Positions 1-9,551 of a DNA stretch of 53,407 nucleotides are shown piece by piece. Origin of the DNA: Alphaproteobacteria bacterium. GTDB taxonomy: Bacteria > Pseudomonadota > Alphaproteobacteria > CAAHEQ01 > UBA3637. Under the pieces are notes generated by a model. That model did not search any database, was not told the DNA's origin, and worked only from the letters and a program-made list of their open reading frames with translations. How positions within the stretch are numbered: the first letter of the stretch is position 1; the number at the start of each line of letters is the position of its first letter. The translations under genes and the position numbers were made by a program. The stretch covers positions 1 to 53,407 of the forward strand of contig JAGDDD010000041.1 in NCBI GenBank assembly GCA_017958225.1. Direction: 5' to 3'.

Positions 1-152
1 AAGTAAAGTGAAAAAATCTTGGGATGAGGTTTCAATCGGACTGTGTATAAGTGCTTGTTTTATAAAGAAATCGTATTTAAGAGTCCGATAATTGATGAAT
101 TTTAGCGTTTTTCGGACTGGTCATTATCGGACTTGCCGAATGGCTTGCAAAC

Positions 153-183
153 AAAAGAAAAAGCCCTCGTTTGAAAGAGGGCT
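153..183 (-). terminator. Probable intrinsic terminator
   Basis: Stem AGCCCTC/GAGGGCT (162-168/177-183) followed by a T-run on the minus strand. Confidence 0.7.
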
Positions 184-191
184 ATAATACC

Positions 192-325
192 TGGTGCCGC
201 TGGTGAGAAAGTTCGCTTGCGCTCATCCCTCACTTTGTTCGGGATCGCCTGCGGCGTCCATCTTCGCTTTGCTCCGATTCCGGCCTCACGTGCCCCCGTG
301 GTCCGTTTCCCCCGACGATAACCAT
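192..325 (-). repeat. tRNA-linked repeat: copy of the tRNA-Thr 3' end with a hairpin-rich insertion
   Basis: TGGTGCCGCTGGTGAGAA at 192-209 is identical to 358-375; internal hairpins ATCCC/GGGAT and CGCC/GGCG; CGGCCTCACG (281-290) resembles tRNA CGGACTCACG (377-386). Confidence 0.75.
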
Positions 326-355
326 AAAAAAAACACCCACAAGGGGTGCTTTTTT
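326..355 (-). terminator. Intrinsic terminator after tRNA-Thr
   Basis: CACCC/GGGTG stem flanked by A and T runs. Confidence 0.75.
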
Positions 356-357
356 AA

Positions 358-432
358 TGGTGCCGCTGGTGAGAATCGGACTCACGACCCCACCCTTACC
401 AAGGGTGTGCTCTACCACTGAGCCACAGCGGC
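358..432 (-). tRNA. tRNA-Thr(GGT)
   Basis: Cloverleaf GCCGCTG...CAGCGGCACCA; anticodon loop CTTGGTAA; encoded CCA. Confidence 0.95.
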
Positions 433-475
433 AACGTTTTCACTTTTTACACATTTTTCCGACAAATGTCAAGAA

Positions 476-2278
476 CTAATTATCACCAATGCGCAAGGCC
501 TGTATAAACGCCGATTGCGGAATCTCCACTTTGCCGAATTGGCGCATACGCTTTTTACCTTCTTTTTGCTTTTCAAGCAGTTTGCGTTTGCGGGTAATGT
601 CGCCCCCATAACATTTGGCGGTTACGTCTTTGCGGTAAGCGGACAAGTCCTCACGCGCGATAATCTTTCCGCCGATCGAAGCTTGAATAGGAATCTTGAA
701 TTGGTGCCGAGGGATCAGCTCTTTGAGCCGCGCACAAATCTGTCGCCCGCGCCGTTCCGCCTCTGTCTTATGTGTCAGGAAGGAGAGGGCATCTACGTTT
801 TCCCCATTGACCAAAATCGATACTTTGACCAGGTCGCCGGCCTCGTAATCGCCTAACTCGTAATCAAAACTGGCATAGCCGCGCGAAATAGATTTGAGGC
901 GGTCGTAAAAGTCAAACACGATTTCACTTAAGGGCAGGCGATACACCGCCATGGCACGATTGCCGATATAGGTCAGGTTCTCCTGCACGCCGCGCCGTTC
1001 CGAACACAGCGTTAAAATAGAGCCTAAATATTCATCGGGGGTCATAATCGTGGCTTTGACCCAAGGCTCTTCAATGGAAGAAATCAATGTCGTATCCGGC
1101 ATATCCGAGGGGTTGTGCAAATCGCGCACCTCGCCGTTTGTCAGGTGCAGTTTATACACGACCGTCGGCGCGGTGGTAATCAAATCTAAATTGAATTCGC
1201 GCTCCAGGCGTTCCTGAATAATTTCCATATGGAGCAGGCCTAAAAAGCCGCAGCGAAAGCCTTGCCCCAACGCCATAGACTTTTCCGGAATAAAGTGGAA
1301 ACTGGCGTCGTTGAGTTGCAGTTTGCCCAAAGATTCTTTCAGGTTTTCATAATCGCTGGCGTCCAAAGGAAAGAACGAGCAGAACACCACCGGAACGCTA
1401 GGCTTAAAGCCTTCTAACGCTTTGTCGGTCGGGCGCTTGTCGTCGGTCAGGGTGTCGCCGACTTTGGTGTCGCCTATGGTCTTGATACTGGCGGTAATAA
1501 AGCCGATTTCGCCCGCGTGGAGAACATCCGTTTCCTTCATTTTTGGCTCAAACACGCCCACGCGCTCCACCGTATGCACTGTGCCGGCGGACATCATGCG
1601 AATAGTCATGCCCTTTTTCAGCACGCCTTCTTTGATACGCAACAGCACGACCACGCCCAAATATGCGTCATACCAAGAGTCAATCAGCAAGGCCTTGAGA
1701 GGCTGCGTTTCGTCGCCGACAGGGGCGGGGATCCTATGCACAATCGCTTCCAAAACATCCTCGATGCCTATGCCGGTTTTGGCTGAGATACACACCGCAT
1801 CCGACGCATCTATGCCGATGACATCCTCGATTTGCTGTTTCACACGGGGCACATCCGCAGCGGGCAGGTCAATCTTGTTGATGACCGGCACCAATTCGTG
1901 ATTGACTTCCAAAGCCTTGTAAGTGTTGGCCAGGGTTTGCGCTTCCACGCCCTGCGACGCATCCACAATCAGCAAAGAGCCTTCGCAGGCGGATAGTGAA
2001 CGACTGACCTCGTACCCGAAGTCCACATGTCCCGGCGTGTCAATCAAATTGAGCTCGTAAGTATGGCCGTCTTTGGCTTTATACGACAGGCGCACCGTCT
2101 GTGATTTGATGGTAATGCCGCGCTCGCGTTCGATATCCATGTTGTCCAAGATTTGCTCTTTCATCTCGCGCTTGGGCACCAAACCGCAATATTCAATCAG
2201 GCGATCCGCCAAGGTCGATTTGCCGTGGTCAATGTGCGCAATAATGGAAAAGTTGCGAATTTTGCTGATATCGTGCAT
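476..2278 (-). CDS. lepA: Elongation factor 4 (LepA)
   Basis: [50 protein letters not shown]; start set at MHDISK. Confidence 0.98.
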   Translation of the reverse strand: MHDISKIRNFSIIAHIDHGKSTLADRLIEYCGLVPKREMKEQILDNMDIERERGITIKSQTVRLSYKAKDGHTYELNLIDTPGHVDFGYEVSRSLSACEGSLLIVDASQGVEAQTLANTYKALEVNHELVPVINKIDLPAADVPRVKQQIEDVIGIDASDAVCISAKTGIGIEDVLEAIVHRIPAPVGDETQPLKALLIDSWYDAYLGVVVLLRIKEGVLKKGMTIRMMSAGTVHTVERVGVFEPKMKETDVLHAGEIGFITASIKTIGDTKVGDTLTDDKRPTDKALEGFKPSVPVVFCSFFPLDASDYENLKESLGKLQLNDASFHFIPEKSMALGQGFRCGFLGLLHMEIIQERLEREFNLDLITTAPTVVYKLHLTNGEVRDLHNPSDMPDTTLISSIEEPWVKATIMTPDEYLGSILTLCSERRGVQENLTYIGNRAMAVYRLPLSEIVFDFYDRLKSISRGYASFDYELGDYEAGDLVKVSILVNGENVDALSFLTHKTEAERRGRQICARLKELIPRHQFKIPIQASIGGKIIAREDLSAYRKDVTAKCYGGDITRKRKLLEKQKEGKKRMRQFGKVEIPQSAFIQALRIGDN

Positions 2279-2402
2279 CCTGTGTTCCTTTGACGAGCTA
2301 TTGTAAAGGAAAACACAATTAAAATCAAGCGGAAAGTAAAACAATGCATAGTTTGTCAAAATATATTTTGCATTTGTGGGCAAATGGGGGTATAACTAAA
2401 GT

Positions 2403-3155
2403 ATGAAGAGATTATTATGCCTTTTATGTTTGTTGTTGTGCGCTTGTCAGACGCCTAATCCGCTGAAGAATATGCGCTTTGAGCAAATCAATGCCGGCGG
2501 CTATACCCTGTTTTCGACTTATCGGATTGAACAACCGGGGGCGCCGTTGAAGGTGTATATTGAAGGCGACGGTCATGCCTTTGACGCGCACGGTATGCCG
2601 ACCAACGATCCGACGCCGACCAACACATTTATGCGGTCTTTGGCTGCGGCGGATACCTCGCCCAACGTTGTTTATTTGGCTCGCCCCTGTCAGTATATTT
2701 TCAGTCGCGCCTGCACGCAAAAAGATTGGACTACAGGGCGTTTTGCGCCTGCTTTGATTCAGTCTATGGACACAGCGGTCGGGGCTTTAATGCGCAAAGC
2801 CCGCACGCAACAGGTCATTTTAATCGGTTATTCTGGTGGAGCGATGATGGCCGCGCAAATTGCTGCCGCACATCCGGCCTCTGTCAAGAAACTAATCACT
2901 ATTGCCGGTGTGTTAAATCACACACAATGGACGGGTTACCATGGCGATGCTCCCTTGGTGGACTCGGTTGATTTAAGCATTACGCCTGCCTTTTTAACAA
3001 TCCCGCAAGTGCACTATGTAGGCGGGAAAGATCCCGTTGTGCCACCAGTTTTGGCGCAAAATATTCTGCCTTCATCTGTGTTGGTCGTTGTCAAAAAGGC
3101 CACGCATGATTCCGGCTTTGACAGCATTTACGAAGATATTTGGAGCGAACAATGA
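2403..3155 (+). CDS. Alpha/beta-hydrolase lipoprotein
   Basis: Lipobox LCAC, YIEGDG, nucleophile elbow GYSGG, D..VP and a terminal H. Confidence 0.85.
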   Translation: MKRLLCLLCLLLCACQTPNPLKNMRFEQINAGGYTLFSTYRIEQPGAPLKVYIEGDGHAFDAHGMPTNDPTPTNTFMRSLAAADTSPNVVYLARPCQYIFSRACTQKDWTTGRFAPALIQSMDTAVGALMRKARTQQVILIGYSGGAMMAAQIAAAHPASVKKLITIAGVLNHTQWTGYHGDAPLVDSVDLSITPAFLTIPQVHYVGGKDPVVPPVLAQNILPSSVLVVVKKATHDSGFDSIYEDIWSEQ

Positions 3156-4102
3156 AAAAGCACTCGGTGTGGGTTTTGACGGATGATCGTGCCGGTAATG
3201 TCAATCAGCTGTTGGGTGTGGCCGAAGCCTTGGGCTGGCCCTATGTGTGCAAGCCTGTGCGCTATACATCGTGGGTGAAATTGCCCAATCTGTTGCGCGG
3301 GGCATCTTTGGTCGGCGTTACCAAAGAGACCGCCAAAGACATCACAGCGCCTTTTCCCGATTTGGTATTAGGGGCCGGGCGGCGTATGTATCCTGTTTTG
3401 CGCTTTATCAAAAAGTGTTCGCCGAAAACGAAAATTGTGCAGTTGATGAACCCGGGCAGTGCCGGTTTTGCGGCAGCGGATTTGATTGTGTTGCCCTCGC
3501 ATGACGCCTATAAGGGCCACGCAAAAAATGTTGTGCGTGTGTTGGGCACAGCGCATCGGGTTACACCGGAGCGGTTGAAAAAAGAAAAGAAAAAGTGGAG
3601 CAAGTTTTTTGCGCCTTATGCCGAACCGTTTGTGTCTGTCATTGTCGGCGGCACAACCAAAAAGCAACCCTTTACGGCCGATATGGCTAAAGATTTGGCC
3701 TATAAATTGTTGCAGATGAAGGCCGGAGCCTTTTTGATTACGACTTCACGCCGCACACCTAAAGTTGTGGTGGATACGCTGAAAGAGGTTTTGCCCAAAA
3801 AGAAAACCTATCTTTATCAGTATGGAGACAAGGCGGAAAACCCATATTTCGGTTTGTTGGCCTGTGCGCAGCAAATTGTGGTGACCGGAGATTCCATGTC
3901 GATGTGCTCGGAAGCGTGTGGCGTTGGCGTGCCTGTGTTTATTTTTGCGCCTAAATCAGTGATGAGTGCGAAACACTTGCGTTTCCATCAGCAACTTTAT
4001 ACCAATGGTTATGCCACAGAACTCGGATCCGGACAGGTTGTGTTCGGGCATGTGCTCAATCCGGCGGCCGAGATTGCCGAACATATCAAGACTTTGTGGT
4101 AG
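3152..4102 (+). CDS. ELM1/GtrOC1 family putative glycosyltransferase
   Basis: WVLTDDRAGNVNQ, TTSRRTP, NPYFGLLA, VTGDSMSMCSEA motifs. Confidence 0.88.
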   Translation: MKKHSVWVLTDDRAGNVNQLLGVAEALGWPYVCKPVRYTSWVKLPNLLRGASLVGVTKETAKDITAPFPDLVLGAGRRMYPVLRFIKKCSPKTKIVQLMNPGSAGFAAADLIVLPSHDAYKGHAKNVVRVLGTAHRVTPERLKKEKKKWSKFFAPYAEPFVSVIVGGTTKKQPFTADMAKDLAYKLLQMKAGAFLITTSRRTPKVVVDTLKEVLPKKKTYLYQYGDKAENPYFGLLACAQQIVVTGDSMSMCSEACGVGVPVFIFAPKSVMSAKHLRFHQQLYTNGYATELGSGQVVFGHVLNPAAEIAEHIKTLW

Positions 4103-4790
4103 ATTTTTTTAAATCTTTTAGCGCAGATTTCAAAGCATCGTCCAAAAGTTTCTGCTGTTGCTTGGGCGATTCCGGCGTGACAATACCTGTAGATAAGATA
4201 ATTTTCCACGCTTCATCCACCTTTAATTGAACAGGGATGGTATCGGCCTCAGGCACAAACAGCAAAAAGCCCGAAGTCGGGTTGGGTGTCGTCGGCACAT
4301 AGACGCTGACAACGGCCTTTTTGATTTCATCTTGAATATGCGAGTAAGTCTTGCCCGTAATAAAAGCCAATGTCCAAAGGCCTTTGCGGGGATATTCGAT
4401 GAGAACGACTTTGTGGAAGGCAGACGACTGTGTGCCACCAATGACGGTTTCCAACACCTTTTTTAACGCCCCATATATGCCCGAGATAACAGGGATTTTC
4501 GAAATCGTTCGATTGACAAAAGTAATCAGCGCGTTGCCGATAAAGCCCGATGAGATAATGCCGACCAATAACAAAGCGACGCACAAGGTAACCGCGCTCA
4601 ATATAGGCACAATCAAAGGTTGGTAGGTTTCTGAAATGTATTGTTGAGGAATAAACTTGCCGACGCTGGCATCTAACATGGCGAACAGCTGCAAGGCTAA
4701 ATATATGGTAATGGCCAAAGGCGCCGATACCAAAATGCCGGTCAGGAAGTAAGTTTTCAAACTTTTTTTTGCTTTTTTTTCTGTTGCCAT
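4086..4790 (-). CDS. DUF502 family membrane protein
   Basis: FLTGILVSAPLAIT, VVLIEYPRKG, VYVPTTPNPTSGF. Confidence 0.92.
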   Translation of the reverse strand: MATEKKAKKSLKTYFLTGILVSAPLAITIYLALQLFAMLDASVGKFIPQQYISETYQPLIVPILSAVTLCVALLLVGIISSGFIGNALITFVNRTISKIPVISGIYGALKKVLETVIGGTQSSAFHKVVLIEYPRKGLWTLAFITGKTYSHIQDEIKKAVVSVYVPTTPNPTSGFLLFVPEADTIPVQLKVDEAWKIILSTGIVTPESPKQQQKLLDDALKSALKDLKKSTTKS

Positions 4791-4850
4791 GATGTCCTCT
4801 TTGAATTTGTGATGTCAGTTTAGCATTTTTATTTTCTGTCCGCAAGGCGT

Positions 4851-5786
4851 TTATAAGGTGCGTATCATATCCGCCCATTGTTGTAGGCGTTGCGGGTAGG
4901 TGTGCTCCTTTAATGTGCGTTCATAGCCGGCTTGTGCGATGGCGGTGTATTGAGAAGGATTGCGCGTGATTTTAGCCACCCAGTCGGCCAACTCTTCCGG
5001 ACTGTTATAGGCCAAAGCCTCTTTGCCCGGGATGTAGCATTTTTCCAAATCAGTGCAGGCGCTGGTTAAAATCACTTTCCGCGCCGCTCCTAATTCAAAA
5101 ACACGAAAGTTGAGGCCATCGACGTTGTTAGGCGAAAACGCCATATTCAACGGGCACAGCGATTTTTGAATAAAGGCGGCGGCCTGCGTTAAAGATAACT
5201 TTTTGTTATGGACAGCGTGTTGCGATAAAAGCTTCTTGTCCCAACCTTTGCCATAGATTTGACAAGGCGTCGGGCAGTGTTGCAGATAGCGCATGCGCTC
5301 TGGGTTGGCTTGCCCAACAAAGAAAGGCTCTTGATAGGCCGGTCGTTCTGTCGGGCGGAAAATATCGGCGTTGGCGCATAAAGGCAAATAAAAGGCCGGA
5401 CACAGTTTTTTTGCTTCCTGTAAAAAGCCTGTATCTGTGCAAAACAGGGCATCCAAATGGAGTGCCTTGAATTCGTCTATGGCTTTGAAAACGTCGGCAA
5501 CCCAACCAACAAACAGGGCGGAAGTCGCAGAACGGCAGGCCTGTAAAATCGATAACGGCAGCAGGAAGGGAGAAATACACAGCACCACATCCGGTTTGAA
5601 TTCGGCCACTTGTTTGGCCAGGGCGTCGGCTCTGTTTTCTTGTCGGGCCTTTTTGTTCAATAAGCAGGCAGATAAAGGAAAATGATTAGTAATAAACAGG
5701 CGACAGTCATTTGTTGCCCGCAACGTCTGATAGACCGTTTCCGGCCAATTCATTACATTATGTTTTCCGACAACCAGTATTTTCAT
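4851..5786 (-). CDS. CgeB/YkvP-like glycosyltransferase
   Basis: NFRVFE and IAQAGYERTLKEHTYPQR C-terminal signature. Confidence 0.8.
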   Translation of the reverse strand: MKILVVGKHNVMNWPETVYQTLRATNDCRLFITNHFPLSACLLNKKARQENRADALAKQVAEFKPDVVLCISPFLLPLSILQACRSATSALFVGWVADVFKAIDEFKALHLDALFCTDTGFLQEAKKLCPAFYLPLCANADIFRPTERPAYQEPFFVGQANPERMRYLQHCPTPCQIYGKGWDKKLLSQHAVHNKKLSLTQAAAFIQKSLCPLNMAFSPNNVDGLNFRVFELGAARKVILTSACTDLEKCYIPGKEALAYNSPEELADWVAKITRNPSQYTAIAQAGYERTLKEHTYPQRLQQWADMIRTL

Positions 5787-5892
5787 AAAGCACTCTCTTA
5801 CCTTTTATAACGCGCCCTTACCGGCGTGTCAAGAATAATGCTTGCAATGGGTTTTGTTTTTTCTATAATAGATAAAAACAGGAAGGGGACGT

Positions 5893-7380
5893 ATGCGTTT
5901 ATTTTATATTCTTGCTATTTGTTTGGTATCCGCCGTGTGTGTGGCTCAATCGCCGGAACAAAAGGCGACAGCTCACTCGACGGCGTTTGCAGAAGATGCA
6001 CGTCAAGCCGGCCAGACCATAGAGCGAACCTATTACAAAGGTGGTCAGATCAAAACGGAGCAGGCTTTTGTCAATGGCGTGGCGGTGACCTCTCCGGTAA
6101 CATACTACGAAAATGGGCAAGTCAAACAGGAAGCCATGCCTGTCGGCGATTTTTCCGGTCCTATTCATACGTATTATGAGACGGGGGCCCTGCGTACCAT
6201 GACGACCTATAAAAAAGGCAAAAAAGACGGGTATATGCGGGTTTATCACGATAACGGGCAACTCAAACAAGAGTTTTATTATACGGACGGGCGCATGACG
6301 CACGCAGGGCGGCAATACTTTGCCAGCGGAAAATTGGCAGCCGACGCGGAGCCTATGACCGGCTTGATGAATCGTTATGATGAAGAAACGGGCCGGATTA
6401 TTGAAAAAGTGCCCTTTATCGATGGTCGAAAAGAGGGCGTTCGCCTGTTTTATGATACGCAGGGTCATCAAACCGGCTTTCAAGCCTGTCAAAACAATGT
6501 GTGTGGGGCGCATACGGATTTGACACAGAAACCATGGTATCAATACAGTTTCCCGAATATTCACGCCTCGTTTTGGTTGGTGCGCTTGCCCAAGACGATG
6601 CTGCAAACCAGTCGCAACTTTGTGCAAGAAAGGAATCAATTTGGCCTGTTGCAAATGCAGCAAGTGACGGCCGATGATCCGCAGATTAGCATTTTATATG
6701 CATACAATGCCGATGACTTGCCCAGTAAAGTAACCATTAATTTCCCGTTGGAAGGCGTTAAGGCGCTTGTGGAAAAAGAGTATACATATTCACCGCGCAC
6801 GATTACATGGAAACTCAACGGTGTGCCTGTTTGGGTCAGAAAGTGGGACAACGTAGGCATACAAACGGACGAATCGTTAAACAAGGCCCGCATTACAGAA
6901 ACGGATGAGGGGGCTCATAAGACGCGCCGCATTTTGGTGCAATCGCCGGACATCACTTGTCCTCTGTATCTGTCTTTTACAGTCAATGCGCAAAAAATGT
7001 TCACCACGGAAGATATCGGCTTGATTTATTGGAATAAACAGAAATCCATCACTTTGCGCCGTTCTGTGTCGTGGGCCTTTCAGCCCGACGGGCGTGTATC
7101 CTTTATGTATTTCCAGGTGCCGGAGCAATATTTGCGGGTGCAGTATGCATATGGCGTTGCCTCTCGTCTGATTGGCGAAAGTTGGCTTGAAACCAATGCA
7201 CAAGGCCAACACAAACAGTTTGATATGTCCTATATGTTCAATCAGTTGGGCGCGATATCCGGTCAGACGCTGTCGGCATATAATAAAGATGACCCGTTCC
7301 ACCAGAACAGTTTGTGGGATATGATTCGTCAAAACTATGACGAGATGCCGATCGCCGCAGAAAGTGCAATTAAGCAATAA
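5893..7380 (+). CDS. Exported MORN-variant repeat (YwqK-like) protein with a C-terminal beta-repeat region
   Basis: Signal peptide; repeats YYKGGQIK, YYENGQVK, YYETGALR, YHDNGQLK. Confidence 0.75.
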   Translation: MRLFYILAICLVSAVCVAQSPEQKATAHSTAFAEDARQAGQTIERTYYKGGQIKTEQAFVNGVAVTSPVTYYENGQVKQEAMPVGDFSGPIHTYYETGALRTMTTYKKGKKDGYMRVYHDNGQLKQEFYYTDGRMTHAGRQYFASGKLAADAEPMTGLMNRYDEETGRIIEKVPFIDGRKEGVRLFYDTQGHQTGFQACQNNVCGAHTDLTQKPWYQYSFPNIHASFWLVRLPKTMLQTSRNFVQERNQFGLLQMQQVTADDPQISILYAYNADDLPSKVTINFPLEGVKALVEKEYTYSPRTITWKLNGVPVWVRKWDNVGIQTDESLNKARITETDEGAHKTRRILVQSPDITCPLYLSFTVNAQKMFTTEDIGLIYWNKQKSITLRRSVSWAFQPDGRVSFMYFQVPEQYLRVQYAYGVASRLIGESWLETNAQGQHKQFDMSYMFNQLGAISGQTLSAYNKDDPFHQNSLWDMIRQNYDEMPIAAESAIKQ

Positions 7381-7404
7381 AAAAAGCACCCGACAGGTGC
7401 TTTC
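7379..7404. terminator. Probable bidirectional terminator
   Basis: AAAGCACC/GGTGCTTT hairpin between the convergent CDS and tRNA-Phe. Confidence 0.7.
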
Positions 7405-7409
7405 TTAAA

Positions 7410-7485
7410 TGGTGCCCAGAGGCGGAATCGAACCACCGACACGAAGATTTTCAGTCTTCTGCTCTACCGACTGAGCTATCTGGGC
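7410..7485 (-). tRNA. tRNA-Phe(GAA)
   Basis: GCCCAGATAGCTCAGTCGGTAGAGCAGAAGACTGAAAATCTTC...GGCACCA, 76 nt. Confidence 0.96.
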
Positions 7486-7500
7486 AAAAAGTATTTTCCT

Positions 7501-8424
7501 TTATAAACGATTCTTGACCGCTTGTCCAGTATTTTTTTCATGAATAATCAATTTTATGCTTCCAGACAGGCTTTCGTTTTGTCCAAGACTGCGGATTCCG
7601 GTCCCTATAATGCCCATAGCCGCTTTGTTAAACGCGTTGTTTGTCATGGTCATCGGCACCAGTGAGAAGGTGTGGGAGTGTTCGGGAACATGCAAGGCCA
7701 CATGGTTGAAAATCGTGTCCGCTTGCATTTGAATTTCTATGCCGGATGAAGGATACTCAATACTGGCTTCCTGTCCAAAGCCGCCAAAACACGTGTGAGA
7801 TGGGGTGTTCGGCAAAGACTTCGTTTGCTCAAAGGTCCAACTGCTCGGCGTCTTGTAAGGTTGCGTAATCGGGTCGTCATTGTGCGACCAGACATTTTTC
7901 GTCTTGAAATTGAGTTTGACATGCGGAGATTTCACAAAAAACGGATGCACTCCCAAGCCGCAAGGCATAGGCAAGGTGCCCAAATTGGCAACACTGATGT
8001 CAATTACCAGCGCGTTGTCTTGCAGGGTATAGGTCAGCAACGCCTTGTAGGTAAAGGGCAGGCCTTTTGTTTTCTGTAAGTGCTCAAAAGACAAGGTAAC
8101 TTTGTTTTCCGCCGATTCAACGACTTGCCAGCGGGCTTTCCACCCATCGCCAAAAATAGGATCGGTGGTGTTCGGATGATTAGCCGGCACTTTGCGCAAA
8201 ACACCCCAGTAAGTGAATTGTCCGCCCTGGATGCTTTGTGTGTAGGGCAATTCCACAAACAAAGATGAGCCCAGCACATCTTTTCTTTTTTGCTTGGTGG
8301 GCGACATGGTGTGGAGCACTTCTTTGCCGGAAGCTGTCGTCAATTGAGTGATGGCACCGCCGAGTGAGGGCGCAATTGTCATTTTAAGAAAACGATTCGC
8401 TAATTTAATATTTTGTGACGACAT
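7501..8424 (-). CDS. Aldose 1-epimerase (galactose mutarotase-like) family protein
   Basis: GDGW, MPCGLGVHPFF, PF.Y motif; divergent (the usual HG appears as FG and the C-terminal EP as VP). Confidence 0.75.
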   Translation of the reverse strand: MSSQNIKLANRFLKMTIAPSLGGAITQLTTASGKEVLHTMSPTKQKRKDVLGSSLFVELPYTQSIQGGQFTYWGVLRKVPANHPNTTDPIFGDGWKARWQVVESAENKVTLSFEHLQKTKGLPFTYKALLTYTLQDNALVIDISVANLGTLPMPCGLGVHPFFVKSPHVKLNFKTKNVWSHNDDPITQPYKTPSSWTFEQTKSLPNTPSHTCFGGFGQEASIEYPSSGIEIQMQADTIFNHVALHVPEHSHTFSLVPMTMTNNAFNKAAMGIIGTGIRSLGQNESLSGSIKLIIHEKNTGQAVKNRL

Positions 8425-8434
8425 GGTGTTTCCT

Positions 8435-9439
8435 TTACTCTCGACTATAAACCGACAAAGATTTTTCAGCACGTTGCAGCATGGAGTCTATGGTATCGTC
8501 CTTGCTTTGCAGAACAGCCTTACCAAACAAGATTTTTTGTTTGCTGGACATTTCCTGTAATTTCAAATACAGGCGATCGGCCACAACCGACAGATTATCA
8601 TAAGGCGTTTCCGGCAACAACAGGGCAAACTCCACATCGTCAATACGCCCGAGGATATCCATTTCGCGTATGCAAAGTTGGCAAGCCTTGATGACCTGTT
8701 TAATGGCTTGCTCGCCCGTTTCAAAATCTTGATCTTGCCCCAACAAGCGCAGATAATCCAGTTTCAGCACCAGTAAGGACAAATGGCGGCCATAACGCAC
8801 AGCGCGTCGCACTTCTTGCTCGGCCACATTCATAAAGGCGGTGCGTTTCAACACGCCCGTCAGCACATCCACCGACGTTATGTGCTGTATTTTCTGTTCC
8901 AACTGCTTGCGTTTGGACACGTCAAAGCCGACCGCGCGTATTTCCGTCAATTCATTGTTGGGGCTATACATCAGCCGATACGTCCACGATACCCAGACAG
9001 GTGTGTTATCTTTGCGACGGTTGGGCAAATCTACATTGATGTATAACTTGGGATTGGCGACGATTTTTTGCACTAAGTCCGGCTCGTTGGCACGTTTGCG
9101 TTCGGGAATAGGCAGAATCGTTTCCTGAAGTGTGTGGCCGACCATCTCATCGTGGGTATAGCCAAAGAACGATTCGGCGTGGTCGTTGGTGTAAGTAATC
9201 ACACCCTTGGGATCAAAGGCCACAATCAGGCTGTCGCCGGTCGGAGCCGCCAGGTCGTCAATAATATCCTCGGAGGTCAAATGCTCGATGGTCTGCATCT
9301 TCTCGGCCAATTCCTGCCCGATATCTTTTAATGTCTTGCTCGTCTTTTTATAGCGCAGATATGTGTGCCACCAGCCCAGTATAACAAGCAGAACCAGGGC
9401 GCTCGACAGTATTAAAGGCAAATACGTTTCTATAAACAT
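8435..9439 (-). CDS. TM-PAS-GGDEF protein with a degenerate active site
   Basis: N-terminal TM; PAS ([17 protein letters not shown]); DVLTGVLKR; [14 protein letters not shown]; GGAG RBS. Confidence 0.85.
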   Translation of the reverse strand: MFIETYLPLILSSALVLLVILGWWHTYLRYKKTSKTLKDIGQELAEKMQTIEHLTSEDIIDDLAAPTGDSLIVAFDPKGVITYTNDHAESFFGYTHDEMVGHTLQETILPIPERKRANEPDLVQKIVANPKLYINVDLPNRRKDNTPVWVSWTYRLMYSPNNELTEIRAVGFDVSKRKQLEQKIQHITSVDVLTGVLKRTAFMNVAEQEVRRAVRYGRHLSLLVLKLDYLRLLGQDQDFETGEQAIKQVIKACQLCIREMDILGRIDDVEFALLLPETPYDNLSVVADRLYLKLQEMSSKQKILFGKAVLQSKDDTIDSMLQRAEKSLSVYSRE

Positions 9440-9551
9440 TTTATTCTCCGACTTTTTATTGATTACAAAAGAACGAAGTTTTACGCAACAAGAAATTATT
9501 GACATTTTTCTTTTTTTGGTCCATTTTCTTACAAAGCGTTTGAAGGCCGAC

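Noticed and set aside
2-91. Possible 3' end of a CDS at the window start
   Set aside because: Too short and no recognisable motif
194-421. ORFs 194-421 (+) and 230-418 (-)
   Set aside because: They overlap tRNA-Thr and its linked repeat; spurious
5899-6663. Long antisense ORFs (also 47541-48302, 51111-51884, 24957-25541, 41415-41987)
   Set aside because: Shadow frames of well-supported genes, with no motifs
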